A stretch of DNA of 64,000 nt from Deltaproteobacteria bacterium (lineage in GTDB: Bacteria > Desulfobacterota > Desulfobacteria > Desulfobacterales > ETH-SRB1): positions 16,360 to 80,359 of the forward strand of contig JAJSZW010000001.1 of NCBI GenBank assembly GCA_030262895.1. The letters run 5' to 3'. The translations under genes and the position numbers were made by a program. Shown here in pieces: positions 19,437 through 28,675 of the stretch. The notes beneath the pieces were generated by a model. It was not told the DNA's origin and searched no databases. It worked only from the letters and a program-made list of their open reading frames with translations. Position 1 is the stretch's first letter, and every line of letters begins with the position of its first letter.

Positions 19437-20276
19437 ATGTATATTAAATGCTGGGGATCAAGAGGTTCCATTCCTGTATCAGGGAAAGATTATATTAAAT
19501 ACGGCGGCGATACAACCTGTTTAGAAATAAGAAGCAAAAGCAATGATATAATTATCGTTGATACCGGCACTGGAATTCGAAGGCTTGGTAACCAGTTAAT
19601 AAAAGAAAGTCTATATAAATATAATATTATCTTCACACATGCCCACTGGGATCATATAATGGGCCTCCCTTTTTTTAAACCGCTTTATTCCAAACATGCC
19701 GAATTACGAATGCACAAATGTCCATTTCACGGTAAATTTGTGGAAACCATGCTTTCAAAAATTATGGCCCCGCCTTATTTTCCTGTAGGCGATTCTGATT
19801 TAAGGGCAAAAATATCCTATGAAGAAGCATGTAAAACAAAATTTGAAATAGGATCCGTCACAATAATACCCATTCCTATCAGTCATCCTAACCGGGGTAG
19901 TGGATATAAATTCATTGAAGACGGGAAATTTTTTGTTTTTCTTACAGACAATGAACTGGGCTTTATCCATCCTGGAGGTCTGGAGTATAAAGAATATCTT
20001 GAATTCTCTTATGAAGCGGATCTGCTTATTCACGATGCGGAATATACACCTAATGAATATAAAACAACTATTGAATGGGGCCACTCGGTATATACCGATG
20101 TGCTCAATCTTGCTTCTGAAGCCGGAGTAAAGAAATTGGGGCTTTTTCATATTAATCAGGAAAGAACTGATAGTGAAATGGATAAAATTGTTGAAGATTG
20201 TATGAAAAGCATAGCTGAAAAAGACCATAAATTTGAATGTCTCGCAATAAATAGCGACATGAGTTTCGTTTTATAA
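19437..20276 (+). CDS. MBL-fold metallo-hydrolase
   Basis: 279 aa with the HxHxDH motif (THAHWDH). Confidence 0.8.
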   Translation: MYIKCWGSRGSIPVSGKDYIKYGGDTTCLEIRSKSNDIIIVDTGTGIRRLGNQLIKESLYKYNIIFTHAHWDHIMGLPFFKPLYSKHAELRMHKCPFHGKFVETMLSKIMAPPYFPVGDSDLRAKISYEEACKTKFEIGSVTIIPIPISHPNRGSGYKFIEDGKFFVFLTDNELGFIHPGGLEYKEYLEFSYEADLLIHDAEYTPNEYKTTIEWGHSVYTDVLNLASEAGVKKLGLFHINQERTDSEMDKIVEDCMKSIAEKDHKFECLAINSDMSFVL

Positions 20277-20280
20277 ATTA

Positions 20281-21849
20281 ATGACAGAAAAAAATAATAA
20301 CAAAACCCTGATAAAAACTGTTTCATTAACCCCACCCTCTTTACAAGATAATACTGCGGATGCTGAACGGCTGATAAGGGCCATAAAATCTCATCTTAGG
20401 ACAAATACTGTTGATATTGATCTTTATTTATTAAGGCGGCTTCCCGGTCTTCTCAGGAAGTGGAACTATAATGTCCGCTGTATTTTTTTAAAAGACCGCA
20501 CAAGATGGATTCTTACAGGTATAACCAGCTCAATAGATACAATTCCCATTGCAGGCCTGGCTGTTGACTTAGGCACCACAAAAGTTGTTCTACGCATCAT
20601 AGACCTTTCAACAGATACAATTCTTGCTGAACATACCTTTGACAACCCCCAGATAGCTGTTGGGCCTGATATATTAACCAGGATACATTACTCTGATCAG
20701 GATGAAGGGCTGAAAAAGATAAACAGACTGATTATAGATGGTCTCAATCAAATGATTGAGAAATCGTGCAGCTCGTGCAACATCAAACCTGATAATATAT
20801 ACGCTGTTTCTGTTGCAGGTAATACTGCTATGACTCATCTTTTTATGGGGCTTAATCCATATTGGATAATACGAGAACCGTATATTCCTGTCGTAAACAA
20901 GCCCGGCCTTATTAAAGCGAAAGAATTGGGCATTAATGTTAATCCTCTTGCGAGAGTTATTATATTCCCAAATGTCGGCAGCTATTTTGGAGGCGACCTG
21001 ATAGCAGGTATTCTTTTCTCGGGTATTGATAAAAAAGAAGACGTATCCATTTTAGTAGACGTTGGGACAAATGCAGAGGTCTTGCTCGGCAATAAACATT
21101 GGCTTGTAGCATGCGCCGGCGCGGCAGGTCCTGCCCTCGAAGGGGGTGTAACCAAGATGGGAATGCTGGCTGGTCCCGGAGTTATTGATCGGATTACAAT
21201 TGACCCGGTTACTTTTAACATTAAAGCTCATACAATAGAGGATGAGCCTCCTAAGGGAATCTGCGGATCAGGACTTATAGACCTTGCGGCCTGTCTCTTT
21301 CTTTATGGCATTATCGACATCCGCGGCAAGTTTGTGCCATCAATGTGCGGTAACAGACTGAAAGATAAAGATGGTATGAAATATTACGTGGTAGTGCCTG
21401 CAAGCGAATCCGGAACAGGGTCTGATCTTATAATCAGCCAGGCGGATCTTGACAGCCTGATAAGATCTAAGGCCGCAATGTATACAATACTTGAAACTAT
21501 TACTTCTTCGGTAGGAATGTCGCTTAAAGATCTTTCTACATTTTTTGTGGCAGGCACCTTTGGTTCTTATATCAATCCCAAATCAGCCATTGCCATTGGA
21601 ATGCTTCCCGACTTGCCTGTTGATAGCTACAAAGCATTAGGCAACAGTTCATTAGGCGGAGCAACAATGGCAATTAGGTCAAATGATTGCCTAAATGAAA
21701 TTGATAATATCAGAGACAAAATAACCTATCTTGAGTTAAACGTAAATCAGGAATTTATGAACAGATTCAGTGCCGCCAAGTTTCTACCTCATACGGATAA
21801 CTCTCTTTTTCCTTCAGTTAAACATAGCCGTTCACGGCTTGAAACTTGA
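20281..21849 (+). CDS. ASKHA-fold (DUF4445-like) ATPase-domain protein, without an N-terminal ferredoxin domain
   Basis: 522 aa. Acetate/sugar-kinase-like phosphate motifs (LAVDLGTTKVV, VDVGTNAEV, VAGTFGSY) as found in corrinoid-reductive-activase-type proteins. No Cys cluster in the first ~80 aa. Confidence 0.6.
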   Translation: MTEKNNNKTLIKTVSLTPPSLQDNTADAERLIRAIKSHLRTNTVDIDLYLLRRLPGLLRKWNYNVRCIFLKDRTRWILTGITSSIDTIPIAGLAVDLGTTKVVLRIIDLSTDTILAEHTFDNPQIAVGPDILTRIHYSDQDEGLKKINRLIIDGLNQMIEKSCSSCNIKPDNIYAVSVAGNTAMTHLFMGLNPYWIIREPYIPVVNKPGLIKAKELGINVNPLARVIIFPNVGSYFGGDLIAGILFSGIDKKEDVSILVDVGTNAEVLLGNKHWLVACAGAAGPALEGGVTKMGMLAGPGVIDRITIDPVTFNIKAHTIEDEPPKGICGSGLIDLAACLFLYGIIDIRGKFVPSMCGNRLKDKDGMKYYVVVPASESGTGSDLIISQADLDSLIRSKAAMYTILETITSSVGMSLKDLSTFFVAGTFGSYINPKSAIAIGMLPDLPVDSYKALGNSSLGGATMAIRSNDCLNEIDNIRDKITYLELNVNQEFMNRFSAAKFLPHTDNSLFPSVKHSRSRLET

Positions 21850-21883
21850 AATTGGAAAGTATAAATTGGGGAGAGATAAAGTA

Positions 21884-21939
21884 GAAATTGGAAATTGGGA
21901 AGAACAGTACAAAAGCATGAAGGCCAAATTTCCAATTTC
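21884..21939. repeat. GAAATTG-word hairpin between convergent genes
   Basis: gaaattggaaattggg / ccaaatttccaatttc (15/16 complementary) with a 24-nt loop. No flanking T-run. Confidence 0.7.
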
Positions 21940-21955
21940 AATGTTCTCTTAGCCC

Positions 21956-23302
21956 CTACTTTATTTTTTTATTAAGATAAGCCTGTTTAACACCTATTGC
22001 TTTTGCTGTTTTAGAAATATTATTTTTATTCTGTAAAAGCTTTCTTTGAATAAATGCCTTTTCAAAGGCTCTTTTAGCATCCTTTAAGTAATCTATTAAA
22101 AAAAACTGTTCTTCGAAAGACCTTGTCTTTTCCATAGTTACCGGCTTATAAGCGTTCGGGATATCAGACGCCTCTATAATATCGCCTTCCACCATTATTG
22201 CCATCCTTTCAACAAGATTTTTCAACTCTCTGACATTTCCAGGCCACGAATAAGCGCGTATTACTTCAATTGCTTCTGCTGTCATGGTTTTTTTTGTACT
22301 TCGATTCTGTTTAGCACATTCATCAAGAAATGTTTCAATAAGTAAAGGAATATCTTCAGAACGCTCCCTTAAAGGTGGAACTTCAACAGGTATTACATTC
22401 AGCCTGTAATAAAGGTCTTCTCTGAAAGTACCCTTTTCAATCTCTTGCTCAAGATCCTTGTTGCTGGCAGCTATTATTCTTACATTCACTGTTAATATTC
22501 TATCGCCTCCAACTCGCTGAAATTGCTGCTCCTGTAGAACACGAAGAATTTTAGCCTGAGTTTTCAAGCTCATATCACCTATTTCATCCAGAAATATAGT
22601 GCCATTGTTAGCTAATTCGAATTTGCCTTTTTTCTTTGAAGTTGCTCCTGGAAAAGTGTTTTTCTCATGGCCGAACAGCTCACTCTCTATTAATTTCTCA
22701 GGAATTGCCGCACAATTTACAGCTATAAGAGGCTGATCAACCCTTGAACTCAACTGATGCATAGTACGGGCTACCAGTTCCTTTCCTGTGCCATTTTCGC
22801 CTGTTATTAATATCCAGGTATCAGTAGGGGCTACAAGCTCTATCTGCTTTTTCAGTGCTACAGTTGGCGGACTATTGCCGGTTATTGAATGTTTTTCAAT
22901 CGTCTTTTTGCGCAGATACCTGTTCTCTTCTTCAAGTCGTCTGAAATTAAGTGCATTGTTAATTGTAACAATAATGTTATCTATGGAAAGCGGCTTTTCT
23001 ATCAAGTCGTATGCTCCAAGCTTTGTTGCTTTTACTGCTGTTTCTATTGTCCCGTGACCGGTTATAATTATAACCGGAATAGTCGGATAATTTTTTTTTA
23101 TCTCTTTTAAGGTTTCAATACCATCAATACCCGGCATCCAGATATCAAGCAGAACAAGATCAGGAGATCTTTCTTCAACTATCTTTAATCCCTCATATCC
23201 ATTTGTGGCCGTTTCAATCTCAAATCCTTCATCAGCAAGCAGGCCGCTTAAAGATTGAAGTATGGAAGGCTCATCATCAACAATTAAAATAGATGGAAAC
23301 AT
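21956..23302 (-). CDS. Sigma-54-dependent response regulator (NtrC/NtrX-like: receiver-AAA+-HTH)
   Basis: 448 aa. Carries ILIVDDEPS, LDIWMPGIDG, GENGTGKE, FLDEIGD and a C-terminal HTH. The loop reads NTFPGA instead of GAFTGA. Confidence 0.85.
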   Translation of the reverse strand: MFPSILIVDDEPSILQSLSGLLADEGFEIETATNGYEGLKIVEERSPDLVLLDIWMPGIDGIETLKEIKKNYPTIPVIIITGHGTIETAVKATKLGAYDLIEKPLSIDNIIVTINNALNFRRLEEENRYLRKKTIEKHSITGNSPPTVALKKQIELVAPTDTWILITGENGTGKELVARTMHQLSSRVDQPLIAVNCAAIPEKLIESELFGHEKNTFPGATSKKKGKFELANNGTIFLDEIGDMSLKTQAKILRVLQEQQFQRVGGDRILTVNVRIIAASNKDLEQEIEKGTFREDLYYRLNVIPVEVPPLRERSEDIPLLIETFLDECAKQNRSTKKTMTAEAIEVIRAYSWPGNVRELKNLVERMAIMVEGDIIEASDIPNAYKPVTMEKTRSFEEQFFLIDYLKDAKRAFEKAFIQRKLLQNKNNISKTAKAIGVKQAYLNKKIK

Positions 23303-23313
23303 CTTGCATAGCT

Positions 23314-23478
23314 CCTTAGGGTTCGCTCAAAAATAAATTTACATTTTCAGGTGTTGAGGCGCTCGCATGGCAAGACGCAAGGAGGGCGAATAGCGAGCTA
23401 TTTAACCGACGAGCAACGTAGCCATGCGGGATGGATCGGCGCATCAAAATGTGAAGTTATTTTTGAGCGAGCCCTTAG
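23314..23478 (+). repeat. D-family nested-palindrome element, copy D1
   Basis: Terminal inverted repeat ccttagggttcgctcaaaaataa / ttatttttgagcgagcccttag. The core caaggagggcgaatagcgagctatttaaccgacgagcaacgtagccatgcggg is related to the reverse complement of 58332..58492. Confidence 0.8.
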
Positions 23479-23498
23479 TTCAGGGTTCAAGGTTTTAT

Positions 23499-25733
23499 TC
23501 AAACCGGAAGTTCAATTACAAATTTAGCTCCTTGGGGCTGGTTGTCTTGCACACGTATTCTTCCATTATGATCAGCAATTATAGTGCTGACAATTGTCAG
23601 CCCTAAACCCATTCCAGCTTTTTTGGTTGAAAAATAAGGTTCAAAGAGGCGTGTTTTATCTTCATCGGAAATACCTGCTCCATCATCAGCAACCTCTATT
23701 CTCACCATCTTTAATATAGGGTCATGAGCCAAAGTTATAACAATATTGCCCTGTTTCTTAATTGCAATTATTGCATTGTCAACCAGATTAATCATAGCTT
23801 GCTTTATTTGCTGACGATCAAGATTAATACGCGGGATCTTATCTGAAATTATAACCTTGAAATTAATGTTTTGATGACTTTCTTTGTAAAGTGCTACAGA
23901 CTCTTCGATTATTGGCGGCAATTCACAGGATTCAGGATTCGCCGTTGGGAATCTTGCAAAAGCAGAAAATTCATTTACCAGATTTCGAATCATATCAACA
24001 TGGTCAATTATCATCTGAGTACATTCCTCAAAAATCGGTTCATTTATCTTTTCCGAATATTTCCGTTTAAGTCTTTGGGCCGAAAGCGTTATCGGAGTTA
24101 GAGGGTTTTTTACTTCATGGGCAATCCTGCGAGCAACTTCACGCCACGCTATCATTCGCTGCGCTTTCTCCAAGTCAGTCAAATCATCAAAGACCATAAC
24201 TATACCCATATGGTTTCCGGAATTATCTTTGAGTTCATTAACATGTATCATAAAACTCCGAGGTCTTCCATCTATTGTAAGTTTTAAAGGAAGCTCGACA
24301 TGATCATCATGATAACCGGTAAGATTTTCTATTAGTTCTATTGCAGCGCCAAGATGTCGTCCTTTTAACAGCTTTTTATAGCTTTTGTTTAATATATCCC
24401 CGGATTTAAGATTCAGCATCTTTTCAGCAGACTTGTTAATTGTAGTAATAAATCCATTGGCCCCCAGAGTTATTACACCAGCGGAAACATTCTTTAAGAC
24501 AATTTCCATGTACTGCCGTCTTTCTTCAATTTCCACATTCTGCTCACGAAGCATTCGTGCAGAAAGTTCCAGTTGTTCTCTGCTGCTTCTGAGATCCCTT
24601 GTCATCTTATTAAATGAATCAACAAGACTTCCTATTTCATCATCAGCTACGGCACCTATGCTTACACTTAAATCTCCTTCCGCAACCCTTCGGGTGCCTT
24701 CAGCGAGCTCCATAATTGGTATTGTAATTGTCTTTGCCAGATAAAAACCAAACCATACTGCACAAAAGACAACAAGCAACGCCACTATTGAAAGATTTAT
24801 ATAATAAGTAACCTGAATAGGTCCTTTTAATAATTTTATCTGCTGGTATTCCTCGAAACCTCTTGAAATAGAAGCCATATTTTCTGAAAGATCCGAAGGA
24901 ATAAGAATATTCAATACAACAAATGCCTCGGCATCTTTATGTTTGACTCCAAAAGGGACTGTCCCGATAGTTCTTATTAACTCACCCGTATTAATGTTTT
25001 CAAAAACCGATATTACTTTTTTTGATTCAAAGTCTTTCCGGAGGTTATCTGCTGAAACAAGACTAAGATGTTCATTCTCTGGTCCCCGGACTATGGCAAA
25101 TGTAGTACGTTCTGAATTTATGTTATAAACTTCTACAGCATGGAAATTGAATGCCCGTTGGACTACCTGGATATAATGGGAAAGAGAACTTCTATTTTTA
25201 GGATCTAAAAATTGCTTGGTCTTAATCTGGTATGATATTTTTTCCATGAAAAACTGATTATTTTCCTCTGCATGTTTATAAACACTTCTTCCAACAAGCA
25301 GTGAATTTTCAAGAGCATGCTCGACAGGTACGTCAAACCAGAACTCGATGCTGGTTGTAATAAAATTGATCGAAAAGAAAAACAAAACAATGGTCGGCAG
25401 AAGGGTAAGGGCTATAAATGCAACAACAAGTCTCGTGCGGAGCTTTGCTCCCATGACTTTACGTTTTCTATCATAAAGAAGCTTTACCAGATTCCTGAAT
25501 ACAAGAAATATCAATAAGATAAGTAATAGCAAATTGATATTGATCAGAATGAACATAAGGATTGTGTTGGAAATTGGGATATCAGCTCCAAAATGAACAA
25601 TCCTGCTTTCAGCAAAAGTCAAAACCACTACGACAGCGATTATGGCGACAATCAAAATGCCTTCTCTTTTACGCCTTTTTCGTTCATCTTCTGAAATAAA
25701 GGATTTAAGCTTTTTAAATCTGTTCTTACGCAT
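23499..25733 (-). CDS. NtrY-like sensor histidine kinase (TM-HAMP-PAS-HisKA-HATPase)
   Basis: Multi-TM N-terminus, HAMP, PAS, H-box IAHEVKNPLTPI, ATPase boxes NLVDNAI, DDGAGI, GMGLGL. The ORF-track start 25793 is a TTG overlapping the upstream gene; the ATG at 25733 is preferred. Confidence 0.85.
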   Translation of the reverse strand: MRKNRFKKLKSFISEDERKRRKREGILIVAIIAVVVVLTFAESRIVHFGADIPISNTILMFILININLLLLILLIFLVFRNLVKLLYDRKRKVMGAKLRTRLVVAFIALTLLPTIVLFFFSINFITTSIEFWFDVPVEHALENSLLVGRSVYKHAEENNQFFMEKISYQIKTKQFLDPKNRSSLSHYIQVVQRAFNFHAVEVYNINSERTTFAIVRGPENEHLSLVSADNLRKDFESKKVISVFENINTGELIRTIGTVPFGVKHKDAEAFVVLNILIPSDLSENMASISRGFEEYQQIKLLKGPIQVTYYINLSIVALLVVFCAVWFGFYLAKTITIPIMELAEGTRRVAEGDLSVSIGAVADDEIGSLVDSFNKMTRDLRSSREQLELSARMLREQNVEIEERRQYMEIVLKNVSAGVITLGANGFITTINKSAEKMLNLKSGDILNKSYKKLLKGRHLGAAIELIENLTGYHDDHVELPLKLTIDGRPRSFMIHVNELKDNSGNHMGIVMVFDDLTDLEKAQRMIAWREVARRIAHEVKNPLTPITLSAQRLKRKYSEKINEPIFEECTQMIIDHVDMIRNLVNEFSAFARFPTANPESCELPPIIEESVALYKESHQNINFKVIISDKIPRINLDRQQIKQAMINLVDNAIIAIKKQGNIVITLAHDPILKMVRIEVADDGAGISDEDKTRLFEPYFSTKKAGMGLGLTIVSTIIADHNGRIRVQDNQPQGAKFVIELPV

Positions 25734-25765
25734 AATAATTTTGGAAAGAATTCTCGGACAGGCTC

Positions 25766-26329
25766 CTAGTAGATGAAATCTGTTGTATGCCAATCGGTTT
25801 TAAAGTCCTTTAGTGAAACATAATGCAGATAAAAAGGAAGGGTAAGTTTGCCACGCTCGGCTTTAGCTCTAATTTGATATTTCCCGCCTTTTTTTAGTTT
25901 GGCAAGCGGAACAATTTTTAAGCTATCAACTTGTGTCATCAACTTCTGAGCCTCTTCGAAAGATTTTGTTACAAAATGTTCTCCACTTTCTGATGAACGC
26001 GTTATAATAAATTCTTTTTTTAAATTATCATATTTAATTGTATGAGTTGTAGTTATGTCGGCTATTTTATTATCAAACCAAAAATTCTTAACTTGATAAA
26101 GACTAGTAAAAAACGTAAAAGTTGCTGGCACTCCGTTTAAGATAGCTTTTTTCGTGTCATCTCTAAAAGCCCCCTCAATATTTAAATAAAGAAGAAGATG
26201 GTCGCGTGTATTTGTTACTGTCATGTTGGCTATTCTTGCATTCTGATCCTGAGCAAAAGCCAAATTTTGCAACATGAAAATTATAGCAAAGAAAATAATC
26301 CAAGTTTTTCGATTAATTAATGTAATCAT
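25766..26329 (-). CDS. Secreted DUF4390-like protein (commonly precedes ntrY)
   Basis: 187 aa with a signal-peptide-like N-terminus. The position directly upstream of an NtrY/NtrX pair is typical for this family. The assignment rests on context and general sequence character only. Confidence 0.5.
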   Translation of the reverse strand: MITLINRKTWIIFFAIIFMLQNLAFAQDQNARIANMTVTNTRDHLLLYLNIEGAFRDDTKKAILNGVPATFTFFTSLYQVKNFWFDNKIADITTTHTIKYDNLKKEFIITRSSESGEHFVTKSFEEAQKLMTQVDSLKIVPLAKLKKGGKYQIRAKAERGKLTLPFYLHYVSLKDFKTDWHTTDFIY

Positions 26330-26333
26330 ATAT

Positions 26334-26407
26334 GTAACTGTTCAGGTTGCCGGTTCACGGTTTACGGTTCACGGTTGGTTGTATGGAACCGTGAACCGAG
26401 TAATTAC
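26334..26407. repeat. GTGAACCG-word hairpin element (copy c)
   Basis: gtaactgttcaggttgccggttcacggtttacggttcacggtt - loop - aaccgtgaaccgagtaattac. Confidence 0.75.
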
Positions 26408-26449
26408 AATATATGATACATAATTAAATGGCAAGTGATTTTGATTTAA

Positions 26450-26502
26450 GGATATGTCGAGATTTTTCGCAAATCCTTGATGCGCAAGACATTAGTGCAG
26501 GT
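26450..26502 (+). repeat. C-family element fragment (right half), copy C2
   Basis: ggatatgtcgagatttttcgcaaatccttgatgcgcaagacattagtgcagg matches 7921..7972 of C1 with a few substitutions. It abuts the lpxC stop. Confidence 0.7.
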
Positions 26503-27389
26503 TAAAGTGGGAGCAATTCATCAATATCATGGATTATGCGTGTTTCCCATGACTTCTTGTTTTCGAAGAATTTTTTCAGAAAAGCATGGTTGAAGGAATG
26601 GCCGGATTTGTTTACTATAATATGGCCTAAAACCGGCATGCCAAGAAGAGAAAAATCGCCTATGCAGTCGAGAATTTTATGCCTTACGAACTCATCCGGA
26701 AAGCGCAAACCATTTTTGTTTAATATGCCTTTTTCGTCAAGCACTATGACATTATCCAGCGAACCTCCACGCGCAAAGCCATACTTTTTCAAGTATTCAA
26801 TTTCTTGAAGAAAACCAAAAGTTCTGGCTCTGCATATTTCTTTTTCAAAAACTTGATCCGACACATCTATGGAATATGATTGTTCTTTTATTAGCGGATG
26901 ATCATAATATATTGTACATGTGATTTTAAATTTTGATGCCGGATAGATACCAACGAATTTTCCATCTTCTTTAAGTTCAATGGGCTCCTTTACAATAAAA
27001 AAATACTTTGGGCCAAGTTGTTCCTCTATTCCTGCGGTTTTTATATATGAAATAAAAGGGCCGGCGCTTCCATCCATTATTGGGAGCTCATAGGCATCGA
27101 GTTCAACAATTGCATTATCAATTGAAAAGCCGGCAAAAGTGGCCATAAGATGCTCTATTGTTGAGACAATAAAACCATCACAACCTATGACCGTTGCAAG
27201 ACTTGTATCCACAACCATATTAAAATGAGCGGAAACGCTTGGTTTATCAGTGAGATCAGTTCTCACAAATTTAATTCCATGATTAACAGGTGCCGGCTTA
27301 ATTGTCAGATTAACTTTTTTCCCTGAGTGTACGCCCACACCTGAAAAACTGACTGGCTTTGAAATCGTTCTTTGTCGAAAATGCATCAA
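26502..27389 (-). CDS. lpxC: UDP-3-O-acyl-N-acetylglucosamine deacetylase
   Basis: 295 aa, LpxC-like throughout (GVGVHSG, TIEHLMA, HKILDCIGD). Confidence 0.9.
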   Translation of the reverse strand: MMHFRQRTISKPVSFSGVGVHSGKKVNLTIKPAPVNHGIKFVRTDLTDKPSVSAHFNMVVDTSLATVIGCDGFIVSTIEHLMATFAGFSIDNAIVELDAYELPIMDGSAGPFISYIKTAGIEEQLGPKYFFIVKEPIELKEDGKFVGIYPASKFKITCTIYYDHPLIKEQSYSIDVSDQVFEKEICRARTFGFLQEIEYLKKYGFARGGSLDNVIVLDEKGILNKNGLRFPDEFVRHKILDCIGDFSLLGMPVLGHIIVNKSGHSFNHAFLKKFFENKKSWETRIIHDIDELLPL

Positions 27390-27401
27390 TTATAGATATC
27401 T

Positions 27402-27427
27402 CCAAAAAATTATCGCCCTTTGGGCGA
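27402..27427 (-). terminator. Terminator-like hairpin overlapping the stop of the 417-aa ORF, just upstream of lpxC
   Basis: The minus strand reads tcgccc-aaa-gggcga followed by taatttttt. It ends 13 nt before the lpxC ATG. Confidence 0.4.
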
Positions 27428-28663
27428 GCTATTAAGCTGTTGAGCTGTTGAGCTTATCAGCTTATCAGCACTATCGAGTCTATCATAAAGTAGATCAACA
27501 TGATTTTTTAAATTTTGTCTTATTATAGACAGTTCCGGAGCCATTGGATTATATGTATTAACTATGGAATTACATAGTTCCAGCAAATCTGTTTTTGAAA
27601 AGCATGAAATATAGTTTATGAAATCAGTTGCAGGGGTATCTGGAATTAAATTATTGTAAGATAGTTGGGACAGACCCTTTAAAAAGCCTTTTAGTGTTCC
27701 CTCAACGGCAATATTATCAGACCAGACTATTTCTCCGACGCCATCAAGCCTGTCAAGGCGGTTTCTTATTGAAAGATTAAGAAAAAATACAAGCATAGCT
27801 TCAAGCATTAAATAGATGTCACTATCTGTGTTATTTTTTGCGGTTTCATTTTTATTTTCAAGCATTGGCGCATATTGCCTGACTGTAATGAGCTTCATTT
27901 CCATATTGTTTTTTTGAAGTTTTATGACAAAATCTCCTGCCGCATGATGCCATGGAAATATTTGCTCAAAAGTCTCAGCATTATAGTAGCAGGTCAAAAT
28001 CATGGCTACCTGGCTGTATAGTTCCAGGGTTTCATCATCTGAAAGTAAAAAGTTTCCTTTTTCATGATCCCATACAACTATTTTTATACTTGAGTCTGTT
28101 TTAGCTTGTTTATATTTATTTTGGGAAATATGAAATTCATTAAAACCTTCGAACCATTCCCCCAAAAACATGCTGATTTCAACGTTTTTATTTTTTATAC
28201 ATATTTCACCCCGGCTATAAACTTTTGGAATAAATGAAAACGAAAACTCATTATTGAGTTTATTTAGAATTTCGAACTCCCTTTTAATAAAACCTTTGCC
28301 TGCACTTGATATGGCAGCGTTTAATACAAAAAGGATTCTTGATCCATTAATAAAGGTTTCAATCCTTGCGGGATGGTAAAATTCTCCATGTTTTTCCAAA
28401 TAGATACGTATTTCTTGTATTTCTTCGGGCTTTATCTTTTGATTTAAATGTTGAGAGATTGCAGAAGTAATAGATTTAAATTCGTCTTTTTCCAAAAAAG
28501 AGCGGATAGCATAAAAATAATCTCCATAAGTTACAGAAATTTCTTCAGCTTTCTGCGGCTTTTTAATGCTTAATGGAATTGGTAATGACCAGATGTCGGT
28601 TTTTTCATCTATAAAGTATTTTTTACTTTGAAGATAGTACTTGAATTGAGGCTTAGGGGGCAT
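27410..28663 (-). CDS. Hypothetical protein (417 aa), possibly a kinase/phosphotransferase-like fold
   Basis: Long uninterrupted ORF with coding-like composition. The only weak clue is FPWHHAAGDFVI. The last ~20 codons are encoded by an AGCTGTTG/AGCTTATC word repeat. Confidence 0.55.
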   Translation of the reverse strand: MPPKPQFKYYLQSKKYFIDEKTDIWSLPIPLSIKKPQKAEEISVTYGDYFYAIRSFLEKDEFKSITSAISQHLNQKIKPEEIQEIRIYLEKHGEFYHPARIETFINGSRILFVLNAAISSAGKGFIKREFEILNKLNNEFSFSFIPKVYSRGEICIKNKNVEISMFLGEWFEGFNEFHISQNKYKQAKTDSSIKIVVWDHEKGNFLLSDDETLELYSQVAMILTCYYNAETFEQIFPWHHAAGDFVIKLQKNNMEMKLITVRQYAPMLENKNETAKNNTDSDIYLMLEAMLVFFLNLSIRNRLDRLDGVGEIVWSDNIAVEGTLKGFLKGLSQLSYNNLIPDTPATDFINYISCFSKTDLLELCNSIVNTYNPMAPELSIIRQNLKNHVDLLYDRLDSADKLISSTAQQLNSSPKGR

Positions 28664-28675
28664 TTTTTATTAAGT

